Part shown: positions 37,468-46,804 of the stretch, piece by piece
How the letters are laid out: every line of letters begins with the position of its first letter
How positions within the stretch are numbered: position 1 is the first letter of the stretch
Source of the DNA: Candidatus Hodarchaeota archaeon
Lineage (GTDB): Archaea; Asgardarchaeota; Lokiarchaeia; Sigyniarchaeales; SOKP01
Reading direction: 5' to 3'
NCBI GenBank assembly: GCA_048887225.1
Contig: JBHLJY010000006.1
Span: 1-64,000 of the forward strand
DNA: 64,000 nucleotides
Position numbers and translations under genes: made by a program
The notes under the pieces: generated by a model
The model's database searches: none
Told to the model about the DNA's origin: nothing
What the model saw: only the letters and a program-made list of their open reading frames with translations

Positions 37468-38997
37468 TTGAATATGAATGATCCTAGTAAAAATTTAAAA
37501 AATCTAATAGTTGACCTCAACAAAGCTAAAGATTATTTTTTTGAGAAAATAAAAAATTTAGAGGTAGCCGTTCATATATATACTCATATAGATGCTGATG
37601 GTTTAGCCGCAGGTGCAATACTTAGTAAAGCACTTTATAGAGCAAATATCCCCTTTCAAATTACGGTTCTTAGACAATTAGAAAAAGAAGAAATTATAAA
37701 AATAGTAAAGAAGGGATTTAACAATTTTATTATTTTCTCTGATTTTGGGAGTGGTCAATATTTAGAACTTCAAGAAAAACTAACAAACAAGGATAATTCA
37801 GCTTCTTTTTTAATTTTAGACCATCATTTTCCTCAAAACATTAATAATAAAGAGGAATTTGATTTGATTAAAAAGATTCATCAAAAAACTAGCCCTTGGC
37901 ATATAAATCCATATTTTCATGGCATCGACGGAAGTACAGAGGTATCAGGGGCAGGAATATGTTATTATTTTGTGAAAAGTTTAAATGAAAGAAATTTAGA
38001 CCTCTCTCCAATTGCTATCGTAGGCGCGATGGGAGATATACAAAATCAAGGACCAAATAAATCTTTTACAGGGATAAATTCGCTAATTGTGGATGAAGCA
38101 AAAAGAAATGGATATATTGAAATTGTTGACGATTTAAACTTTTCTTCTATGAAACCTTTAAATGAAGCGATTGCATATTCTTCTGAAATAAAATTACCAG
38201 GATTGACTAATGATATTAATAAAACATTAAAATTCCTTCAAACTTTAGGGATTTTAATGGAAAATTCTAAAGGTGATATAAGAACTTTAAATGATTTAAA
38301 CAAGGATGAAAAACAAAAAATTTCAACTGGGATAATTGAATATGCATCTCTTAAATTAGATGTTGAACCAATTGAGATTATCAAAAAGTTAATCGTGAAT
38401 CGATATTTGATTAAAAGAGAAAAGGCTTATTCGGAACTTTTTGATTCAAATGAATTCTCATACGTTTTAAATGCATGTGGAAGAACAAATAATGCATCTT
38501 TAGGGATTGCCATAGCAATGGGAGATAGAAAAAAAGCATATCAACAATCTTACGATATTATATTGAATTATAAAAGCTCAATTGTAAAAAGTCTCTCATG
38601 GATTAAAGAGAATAACAAAATACACCAAATGGATTTTATTCAATACTTTTTTGGAGAGGATATTATTCCAGAAAACATTATAGGAACAATAACTTCAATG
38701 TTGATATTAGAAAGGAGTGATTTTATTGACATAATGAAACCTATTTTTGGAATTGCCATTCGCGAAGACGAAAATGTATATAAAATCTCAGGGAGGGCTC
38801 ATGAACAAATTGTAAATAGAGGTGTAAACTTATCTGAAGCAATTAGAGAGGCTTTAGAACTTATAAATTTAGATTCATTAGGCGGTGGACATCCTCCAGC
38901 TGCCGGTACTAAAGTTCCTATGGATAAAATCGAACTTTTTTTAGAAAAAAGTAATGAAATTATTAAAAACCAATTAAAAACTAAAAAAAATTTATAA
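37468..38997 (+). CDS. Archaeal RecJ/DHH nuclease (GAN/Cdc45-like)
   Basis: HIDADG, SDFGSG, LDHH, VGAMGD, LNACGR, KISGR, GGGHPPAAG. Confidence 0.88.
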   Translation: MNMNDPSKNLKNLIVDLNKAKDYFFEKIKNLEVAVHIYTHIDADGLAAGAILSKALYRANIPFQITVLRQLEKEEIIKIVKKGFNNFIIFSDFGSGQYLELQEKLTNKDNSASFLILDHHFPQNINNKEEFDLIKKIHQKTSPWHINPYFHGIDGSTEVSGAGICYYFVKSLNERNLDLSPIAIVGAMGDIQNQGPNKSFTGINSLIVDEAKRNGYIEIVDDLNFSSMKPLNEAIAYSSEIKLPGLTNDINKTLKFLQTLGILMENSKGDIRTLNDLNKDEKQKISTGIIEYASLKLDVEPIEIIKKLIVNRYLIKREKAYSELFDSNEFSYVLNACGRTNNASLGIAIAMGDRKKAYQQSYDIILNYKSSIVKSLSWIKENNKIHQMDFIQYFFGEDIIPENIIGTITSMLILERSDFIDIMKPIFGIAIREDENVYKISGRAHEQIVNRGVNLSEAIREALELINLDSLGGGHPPAAGTKVPMDKIELFLEKSNEIIKNQLKTKKNL

Positions 38998-39012
38998 AAA
39001 TTCTAAATCCTA

Positions 39013-40314
39013 TTATATTTTGTAAATTTCTCCAATTTCAGGAGCAACAGAACTATATGATTTTTTTACCATCTCGCTTGCTAAATAAGTAACGGCTTCC
39101 TCGTCTCCGTGAACACAAAATATTAATTTTGAACCTTCATGAAACCTTAAATTCTCTATATATTTGTGAAGATGAGCACTATCCGCGTGACTTGAGAAAT
39201 CAAAATAATCATAATCACATTTAGCTTCAATTTTAAAATCAATTATTTTTCCATTTCGATTCATTTCTCTAAATTCAAGAATTCCATTATCTAAAAGACC
39301 TCTTCCAGGAGATCCTTCAACTTGGTATCCAACTAAATAAATTGCCGATGCGGGATCGTTTAAAAAAGATTTTACAAATTCAATAGCGGCTCCCCCTTTT
39401 AGCATGCCAGAAGGAGCAATAATCACTCCATTAGATTTCTTTGCTATTTTTCTACCTTTTCTTGAGATAAATTGAGCTTTTTTTAATGCTTTTCTATATA
39501 TTTTTATATTTTTAAGAGATTCGGGAAAATTTAATAAAATATTAGAAATTTTTCTTGCCAATCCATCAACAAAGATTTTACCTTCATAACCATATTTTTG
39601 TAGTATCAAAAGGGCTTCTTGAGAACGAGCAACGCCGAAAGCTGGAATAAGAACTTTTCCACCATTTTTTGTAATATCTATTATATTTTCTACAAATTTT
39701 TTCTCAAGTTTCTCTCTCAAAGGGTGATTTCTCAGAGTGTATGTACTTTCGGTGATTAAAGCATCTATTTTTGGTATAATTGAAGAGTTTGTGGGATTAA
39801 CTAAATTTGTAATTTGATTATTAATATCTCCTGTGTATAAAATTATCTTATTATCTACTTCAATAAGAATCGAAACACTTCCAGGGATGTGCCCAGCATC
39901 TATAAATGTTATATAAAAATTGTCGCCAATTTTTTGACGTAAATTATTTGTAAGAAAATGTGAATTTTCAATTATTTTATTTAATTCTCTAAAACCAAAA
40001 GGATAAGGAAAATTAGAAATTCTTATCATGTCCTTTACAAGAACTTCTGTTAAAGCTAAGGTAACTGAATTTGTATAGAGTGGAGTTGATATAGTTTTAT
40101 AAAGGTAAGGTAATGCTCCTGAATGGTCAATATGGCAATGAGTCAAAGCAATTCCCTTAAGATTATCTAAATTTGGCTTATAAGGTAATCTATCATCGCC
40201 TCGGAATCTAATCCCATAGTCTAGAATGCATTTTTCTCCGCTATTACTTGATTCGATTGAAATTGCGGAGCGCCCTACTTCTCTGCAACCACCCAAAAAT
40301 GAAATTCTTACCAT
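39013..40314 (-). CDS. MBL/beta-CASP ribonuclease (aCPSF2-like)
   Basis: LGGCREVGRS, THCHIDH, AGHIPGS, YTGD, ESTY, GRSQE-like ARSQE, FSSHAD, VHGD; no KH domains. Confidence 0.88.
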   Translation of the reverse strand: MVRISFLGGCREVGRSAISIESSNSGEKCILDYGIRFRGDDRLPYKPNLDNLKGIALTHCHIDHSGALPYLYKTISTPLYTNSVTLALTEVLVKDMIRISNFPYPFGFRELNKIIENSHFLTNNLRQKIGDNFYITFIDAGHIPGSVSILIEVDNKIILYTGDINNQITNLVNPTNSSIIPKIDALITESTYTLRNHPLREKLEKKFVENIIDITKNGGKVLIPAFGVARSQEALLILQKYGYEGKIFVDGLARKISNILLNFPESLKNIKIYRKALKKAQFISRKGRKIAKKSNGVIIAPSGMLKGGAAIEFVKSFLNDPASAIYLVGYQVEGSPGRGLLDNGILEFREMNRNGKIIDFKIEAKCDYDYFDFSSHADSAHLHKYIENLRFHEGSKLIFCVHGDEEAVTYLASEMVKKSYSSVAPEIGEIYKI

Positions 40315-40414
40315 TAGATAAAAGTCTCAACGAAATTAAAAATTTATTATATAAGGAACATAATGTTTCAATATAATTCAATTTTTTGTTATAAAAATAA
40401 TAAGTGAAGTAATA

Positions 40415-41275
40415 ATGAAACTTGAAGGAAGTGCTGATATAGGCATAATTGGTGGTACTGGATCTGATGTGGAATTAGAAAATGCTAAAGATATAAAAGC
40501 ATATACGCCTTATGGAAGAACTTCTGATTTTATAAAGGTTGGAATATTTAAAAGCAAAAAAGTTGCCTTTTTACCACGACACGGAACAGGCCATACGATT
40601 CCCCCTCATATGTTAAATTTTAGAGCAAATATTTGGGCTATGAAAGAAATGGGCGTAAAATACATTATTTCTCCTTCCGCTGTAGGTTCTTTTAAGAAAG
40701 AACACGATAAAAGAAAATTTATTTTAGTGGATCAATATATTGACAGAACAAAGAAGAGACTAGATACCTTTTACGAGGGTAGTCAAGTTTGTCATATAGG
40801 ACAAGCCGATCCTTTCTGTGGATATTTAAACGACCTTTTTTACGAAAATGGGAAAGATATTGGTATAGATATCCAAAAAGGAGGAACTTACATATGTATT
40901 GAAGGACCTAGATTTTCTACCAGAGCAGAATCTAAAATGTTCCGCCAATGGGGTGGAGATATTATCGGAATGACTATATATCCTGAAGTTGTACTTGCGG
41001 CAGAAAAAGAGATATGTTATTGTACAATAGCAATGGTAACAGATTTAGATGTCTGGGCAGGAAATTGCCCTAACTGTGGAATTGTTGAAATTCAAGAGAA
41101 ATGCGAGAAATGTGGAGCTTCTATTGAAAAACTAGCCGTTAGTATCGAGGAAATCTTAGAAACTATGGCAAAAAATGCGAAAAACCTTAAAAAATTATTA
41201 GAAATAACAATTCCAAAAATCGATACAGAAAGAGACTGTGCTTGTTTCCACACATTAACAGGAGCAGTTATTTAA
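40415..41275 (+). CDS. mtnP: 5'-methylthioadenosine phosphorylase with zinc-ribbon insertion
   Basis: IGIIGGTG, TPYG, RHG, NFRANIWA, EGPRFSTRAES, GMT, VTDLD; inserted CPNC...CEKC. Confidence 0.9.
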   Translation: MKLEGSADIGIIGGTGSDVELENAKDIKAYTPYGRTSDFIKVGIFKSKKVAFLPRHGTGHTIPPHMLNFRANIWAMKEMGVKYIISPSAVGSFKKEHDKRKFILVDQYIDRTKKRLDTFYEGSQVCHIGQADPFCGYLNDLFYENGKDIGIDIQKGGTYICIEGPRFSTRAESKMFRQWGGDIIGMTIYPEVVLAAEKEICYCTIAMVTDLDVWAGNCPNCGIVEIQEKCEKCGASIEKLAVSIEEILETMAKNAKNLKKLLEITIPKIDTERDCACFHTLTGAVI

Positions 41276-41358
41276 AATAAATATTTTCACTTTATTTTAA
41301 AAAAATAATTTTTTTTTAATTTCTCTGTAATTCCAATTCATAACTTTATTGGATTCAA

Positions 41359-41898
41359 TTATTCTTCAACTGGAATTTCAATTAAAGATAGAATATCATA
41401 GCCTTTTAATTGATCTCTCCCATGTAGACTTCCAGTAAGTTCAATTACGAATGCAATCCCCATTACAATACCTCCTGATTTTTCTACAAGATTACATGCT
41501 GCTTTAGCAGTCCCTCCTGTTGCTAATAGATCATCAAATACCAGTACTTTCTCTCCATTTTCTATCGCATCACTATGCATCTCTATAGAGTCTGTACCAT
41601 ATTCTAATTCATAAGTTTCACTAATTGTTTCAGCAGGTAACTTGCCTGGTTTTCTCATTAAAATAAAACCAGCACCTAATTGATATGCTATAGCACCCCC
41701 CCAAACATAACCTCTCGCTTCAATTGCAGCAACCTTTTCTATACCTTTATCTTTAAAATATTCGATAATTTTATCGCATGATTCCTTAAAAGGAGCATGA
41801 ACTTTACATAATGTGGTTACATCTTTGAATTGTATCCCTGGTTTGGGCCAATCGGGTACATTTCTTATAAATTTTTCCAAATCCAATGTCAAGATCAC
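41359..41898 (-). CDS. apt: Adenine phosphoribosyltransferase
   Basis: PDWPKPGIQFKD, IEARG, RKPGKLP, YELEYG, DDLLATGGT. Confidence 0.95.
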   Translation of the reverse strand: MILTLDLEKFIRNVPDWPKPGIQFKDVTTLCKVHAPFKESCDKIIEYFKDKGIEKVAAIEARGYVWGGAIAYQLGAGFILMRKPGKLPAETISETYELEYGTDSIEMHSDAIENGEKVLVFDDLLATGGTAKAACNLVEKSGGIVMGIAFVIELTGSLHGRDQLKGYDILSLIEIPVEE

Positions 41899-42101
41899 TT
41901 TTTCTTTATGTTTCAGAAGTATTTTATTTTATGTAATTTAAAATTATATTTAATTGAATCGTATAATTATCCTAAAAAAATAGATTAACCTTAAATAATT
42001 ACAAAAAATTAAATAGAAATTATAGCTTTATAGTATAGTAAAATCATAATTTTAAAGTAAATTTATATTTATAAAATAAAAACAAGACGAGTTACAATCT
42101 A

Positions 42102-43058
42102 ATGAAAATTTTGCTATTTGGTCCCGCTGGTGCTGGAAAAACTAGTTTAATGAGAACAACCTGCTTAGGATACAACTTTATGAAAGTAGCAAACATCAAA
42201 CCAACTAAAGGTGTTTCACGTGAAAATTTTATATTTCGCGGCATAATGGAACTAACAGTATGGGACGCTGGTGGTCAAGAACGATATTTAGAAAGATATT
42301 TCTCTGAATCCCAGCGAGAACTTATATTTTCAGAAGTTACAACATCAGTATTTATGGTTGATTCTACAATTGTAGAGCCAAGAGTAAAAGAAGTTTTTGA
42401 TAAATACTTAGAATACATATTTCTTTTTTCTCCTCATATTGATAAGGTTTATGTTTTGTTAAATAAAATTGATTTGCAAAATTCAAGGGAAGACGACATT
42501 TTTAAACTTTTATCTGAAGATTTAGCCGAAGATATACGATATAAGCTTGCTTTTACTCCTGTATCTGTCAAAGAAGGTAGTGCTCAACACAGATTAATTG
42601 AAATTTTAGATTACGAAATTCAAAAGTCAACATTAAGCATGCAAAAACTTGGTAAGATTAGATATATGCTGGATCAATTAAAAATAAGTACCTTATCAGA
42701 GTATCTTCTCTTTAATCAACCAGATGGATTATTAATCTCTTCTACAATAGGCAAATTTGAGAGTAAGCCATTAGAATTTATGAAATTTGAAATGGGTACA
42801 TTAGATTCTAACCTATATCAGATATATCAACGAACCATGGAGATATTAGACATACAAAACGTTAGTCCTCTGGCACTTTCTACAATTGTCTATGAGTCTG
42901 ATCTTTGTTATGTTTTAGTAAAAGAAGTAAGTGACGGCGCTGTTTTAATGGCAATCTCTAAAAATAAAGAACCTGAGGTGTTTTCAGGAATTATAAGTGC
43001 TCTAAACAGCCCAGATTTTGATAATTTAAGGAAATTTATAAGTACTTCAGAATATTAA
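42102..43058 (+). CDS. RagA/Gtr1-like GTPase with C-terminal roadblock-like domain
   Basis: KILLFGPAGAGKTS, LTVWDAGGQERYLERYFSESQRELIFSEV, NKID; C-terminal DGLLISS roadblock-like segment. Confidence 0.88.
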   Translation: MKILLFGPAGAGKTSLMRTTCLGYNFMKVANIKPTKGVSRENFIFRGIMELTVWDAGGQERYLERYFSESQRELIFSEVTTSVFMVDSTIVEPRVKEVFDKYLEYIFLFSPHIDKVYVLLNKIDLQNSREDDIFKLLSEDLAEDIRYKLAFTPVSVKEGSAQHRLIEILDYEIQKSTLSMQKLGKIRYMLDQLKISTLSEYLLFNQPDGLLISSTIGKFESKPLEFMKFEMGTLDSNLYQIYQRTMEILDIQNVSPLALSTIVYESDLCYVLVKEVSDGAVLMAISKNKEPEVFSGIISALNSPDFDNLRKFISTSEY

Positions 43059-43145
43059 TCGAAACAAAAGATAATCTGACTTTTTTTAAAGAACAAATTT
43101 AAAAGAAATAAAATAAAAAATAGAAGATTTTTAATTCGCTCTTAT

Positions 43146-43988
43146 TTATTGTTCTTTATCCATTAAGCCAATTTTTGATAATATCTGCTGTTTGGCATGA
43201 TGTGGTCTTCTAATAACTGTATCATTAGATTTTTCTATCTCTCTTGCATTGGCACACATATCAGCTGCAGTTTTCATCATTTCATGTGCTGCTGCTAATA
43301 GGGGCATATAATCAGCTCTTTCCTTTAATTGGAAACATGCTTTACCAGTTAATTTTGAAACAGAAGCAGCTAACTCAAACGCAGCAATAGCTTTGGCTCT
43401 AGCATATGGATTAGAGAATCGGGCAGCTTCAGTTGCATTTACTGAATCCACTATTATTTGGGGTAAGGTTGGTGTTTTGCCTTCTAACATATCGATTATC
43501 ACTTTATTTAGTTCTTCAGCGATTGATTGAAGAGCTCCAGTAATCGCAAGAACTTTTAATAAGTCAGAGTTGAAAACGCTCATTTCAATAGGATCTAAAA
43601 ATGGGCGTCTTGCACCTATCATTGAATCACATCCTACTAAAATATACCCCATATTTTTTTCTTTTATTTCATCAATAGCTTTTTTCGCGGGTGCATCAGA
43701 AATTATAATAGTAGGTATGCTTCCCGCCATCTCCCTGGCTGCCTTTGGTCCTTGTAAGGCAGCGTTAGGACTTGACATAATTATTAATTCGGGTTCCCAT
43801 TTCAATAAATCTTTCATAATTTCTGTACACATTGCTGGCGGATGCATTTTTGCTCCAGAGGTGACTTCATAGACATTAATTCTCGTAGATTCTGCTCTTT
43901 CATCAATTAAAAAAGCGAGTAATAAAGAAGAACCAATTGTTCCGTTTTTAAGGATGCCGATCTTTAGTATTTTACCTTCTTCGCTCAT
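43146..43988 (-). CDS. mtd: F420-dependent methylene-H4MPT dehydrogenase
   Basis: DERAE, SGAKM, SPNAAL.GP, DSMIGARRPFLDPIEM, FSNPYARAKA, AAAHEMM, RRPH. Confidence 0.93.
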   Translation of the reverse strand: MSEEGKILKIGILKNGTIGSSLLLAFLIDERAESTRINVYEVTSGAKMHPPAMCTEIMKDLLKWEPELIIMSSPNAALQGPKAAREMAGSIPTIIISDAPAKKAIDEIKEKNMGYILVGCDSMIGARRPFLDPIEMSVFNSDLLKVLAITGALQSIAEELNKVIIDMLEGKTPTLPQIIVDSVNATEAARFSNPYARAKAIAAFELAASVSKLTGKACFQLKERADYMPLLAAAHEMMKTAADMCANAREIEKSNDTVIRRPHHAKQQILSKIGLMDKEQ

Positions 43989-44138
43989 TTTTTACAACTT
44001 CTTTTATAATTTCAAATTTAAATTAAGTTTTACAATTTTCCAATGTTTTTAATGTTTTTTTGAAATTTTATATAAAACAGAAATCTATTAATTAATACGA
44101 AATATTAAAAAAATTATTATAAAAATAGGAGTTAAAAT

Positions 44139-45053
44139 ATGGAATTAAATGGAGTCGAAATTGAAGATACTTACTGCGAGGCCTTCGGCTCATTTTTTGC
44201 AAGAATTTTAGTAACTGCTAAAAACGAAAAATGGGTAAAAATTGCAGCTCAGGAGGCAACTGGTTATGGAACATCTACAATACATTGCGACGCTGAAGCA
44301 GGCATAGACATATTTATTCCACAGGATAAAACACCAGATAAACGACCTGGAGTGGCTTTGATGTTTTTTGTTTCGGATAAAACCAAGATAGGTAATATAG
44401 TTATGAATAGAATGGGACAAACTGTGTTGACATGCCCCACAACGGCTTGTTTCGACGCATTAGAGATTTCTTTAGACCCAGAAAAGGAGTTTAAAATAAA
44501 GATCGGAGCTAATCTAAGATATTTTGGTGATGGCTTTGAAGAGAAAATAGAAGGCATATATCCTTTTGAAGTATGGAAGATCCCAGTAATGGATGGCGAT
44601 TTTATAGTTCAAAGTATGGCGAAGGTTGGCAAAGGTGTAGCTGGAGGGAATTTTTTAATAATTGGTAAAAACCAAGATTCCGCTTTAGAGGCAGCTGAAA
44701 AATCAATTGAAGCAATCAAAGACATTGAAAATGTTATAGCGTGTTTTCCTGGTGGAATCGTCAGGTCTGGTTCGAAAGTTGGATCAAAATATAGCTTTCT
44801 AGGAGCATCTACAAATGACTCTTATTGCCCTACGTTAAAGGCTAAACTCGATAATTCACAGCTTAAAGAAGGAGACGAATGTGTATATGAAATTATTTTA
44901 GATGGCGCAACTGAAGATGCGGTTAAAAATGCTATGAAATTGGGAATTGAAGCTGCTGTAAAAGTTTCAGGAGTAAATAAAATATCTGCTGGAAATTATG
45001 GAGGGAAACTAGGCAAATTCCAATATAGACTTTATGAACTTGGCTTAGATTAA
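44139..45053 (+). CDS. ftr: Formylmethanofuran:H4MPT formyltransferase
   Basis: IEDTYCEAF, CDAEAG, TPDKRPG, TCPTTA, FGDG, GGNF, RSGSKVGSKY, SAGNYGGKLG. Confidence 0.95.
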   Translation: MELNGVEIEDTYCEAFGSFFARILVTAKNEKWVKIAAQEATGYGTSTIHCDAEAGIDIFIPQDKTPDKRPGVALMFFVSDKTKIGNIVMNRMGQTVLTCPTTACFDALEISLDPEKEFKIKIGANLRYFGDGFEEKIEGIYPFEVWKIPVMDGDFIVQSMAKVGKGVAGGNFLIIGKNQDSALEAAEKSIEAIKDIENVIACFPGGIVRSGSKVGSKYSFLGASTNDSYCPTLKAKLDNSQLKEGDECVYEIILDGATEDAVKNAMKLGIEAAVKVSGVNKISAGNYGGKLGKFQYRLYELGLD

Positions 45054-45090
45054 AAATAAATATGATATTAAAAATTTTCTAATTTTCTTT

Positions 45091-46794
45091 TTATTTTAAT
45101 TTTCTTTTTATTTTTCGAGGTGGCTTTGGTTCTTTTTTCTCGGGTTTTTCTTCCTCAATCAATTTTTTTGCTGCTTCTCGTTTAACAGGAGTGAGTCTAG
45201 ATATTTTCTCCTTTTTTGGCTTTTTCTCTATAACTTCGATTTCTTTCTCAGGTTTTAATTTTTTTGATTTCATCATATAATAACTTATAGCAGTACCAAA
45301 TAAAACACCACTAATTAATCCAAGGACTAACATAATCCAAGATAACATTTCGCCTAAGGTATCAGGAATAATTGTTATTTTTTGAGGCGCAGTATCGAAA
45401 TCATCATCCAAACCTACAGTTGCGCCATCCGTATCAGTCACATAAACGTAAATATCCCAGGTTCCTATAATTAATTCAGCCGTTCTAACAGTAATTTCAA
45501 GATCTTCTTCATATTCTCTCGTAATTTCGTATTCATCGTCATCTTCGTTGATAAGTAAAAGAGTGATATATTGTACTCCTTCGACATCAAAAGCATCAAA
45601 CTCGAATACTAAATCCTCTCCATACAATACAGATATGCTCTCATCCGTATCATAATTATTAATTTCATAACCATCTATATCGGGAAGATTATTTTTAACG
45701 CTCAATGTTCCCGAATACTGCTCAATTTCTTCATTTTTATAGAAAGTTTTGATAACATAAGTATATGTTCCTTTTGGACTTGTAGCAACAACAGAAAAAC
45801 TAGTAGAAAATGTATCGTCCGCTTTACGCATTAAATTTATATTATTCACGATTATACTATTGGTATCTTTTAGAATAAAAGTTACATTAATTAATCCAAT
45901 AGATAAACCATTTTCCTGTGCACTCACATTTAAATTAAGAGTACAACTTTGAGTTCTAAATATAGAAGTCGGATTAAATGTAATTGATGATTGTTTTAAT
46001 ATAGATTCAGGTAAAAGAACTTTAAACTGAAAATATGCGGCAGCTATCCTTTGGTAGGTGTTTATATCAGTCATATTCACTTTTATGTAATATTTTTTGT
46101 TTGTTTGTTCGAAAGTCTCATTGATTTCTAATTCAATATGAAGTAAATCGTTTCCCACATTAAAAACATTTTTTTGGTTGCTTTCGTTTACACTATCGAC
46201 AATGGTAACGTTCCATTTAAAATTATATGGATCAAAATCATATACGATTAATGAAGTACTTAACGTTTCTCCCCTGCGGTATTCAGATTTTTCTGGATCT
46301 AAACCAACCATACAATTTGATTTGACAGTAAAATTTGATACTGTTGTTTGAGTATTTAATTCAACACCAGTTTTGTTATAAACTATAAATCTCGCTTCAT
46401 GAAGTCCTAATGGAGCATTATAAGCTGGAGTATATGTAAAAGTAAAATTCTTATTGGTTCCTGGAACATAGGTCATATCATAAATTCCAACGGTATTATT
46501 CCGAAAAGAAATACGTATTCTCGTATAATTAACATACTGAAAATCAGAAGCATTAATCGTGAAATTAATAGAGTGAAAACCGCGGTATATTATTGAAGCA
46601 TTTTTATAGATAGATGAATAATTCAGAGATTGTGAAGTTTTTGGTTGAAGATCTATTTCCATGTATTCTTTTTCCTTAAAAAATTTGTTATTCTTATTTA
46701 TTTGGTTATTTATAGAAAATATTCCAACATTAAGAAATAGAGATAATAACAGAAAAAAGATTAAAATTGTACAAATTGCATTTTTTCTTTTCAA
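45091..46794 (-). CDS. Membrane-anchored beta-rich (Ig-like) surface glycoprotein
   Basis: N-terminal TM, many NxS/T sequons, acidic Ig-like domain (VTDTDGA), C-terminal TM and Lys-rich tail. Confidence 0.75.
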   Translation of the reverse strand: MKRKNAICTILIFFLLLSLFLNVGIFSINNQINKNNKFFKEKEYMEIDLQPKTSQSLNYSSIYKNASIIYRGFHSINFTINASDFQYVNYTRIRISFRNNTVGIYDMTYVPGTNKNFTFTYTPAYNAPLGLHEARFIVYNKTGVELNTQTTVSNFTVKSNCMVGLDPEKSEYRRGETLSTSLIVYDFDPYNFKWNVTIVDSVNESNQKNVFNVGNDLLHIELEINETFEQTNKKYYIKVNMTDINTYQRIAAAYFQFKVLLPESILKQSSITFNPTSIFRTQSCTLNLNVSAQENGLSIGLINVTFILKDTNSIIVNNINLMRKADDTFSTSFSVVATSPKGTYTYVIKTFYKNEEIEQYSGTLSVKNNLPDIDGYEINNYDTDESISVLYGEDLVFEFDAFDVEGVQYITLLLINEDDDEYEITREYEEDLEITVRTAELIIGTWDIYVYVTDTDGATVGLDDDFDTAPQKITIIPDTLGEMLSWIMLVLGLISGVLFGTAISYYMMKSKKLKPEKEIEVIEKKPKKEKISRLTPVKREAAKKLIEEEKPEKKEPKPPRKIKRKLK

Positions 46795-46804
46795 TATTAT
46801 CTCC

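Noticed and set aside
36231-45053. Methanogenesis
   Set aside because: mch, mtd and ftr also serve the archaeal Wood-Ljungdahl pathway; no mcr or mtr genes are in the window.
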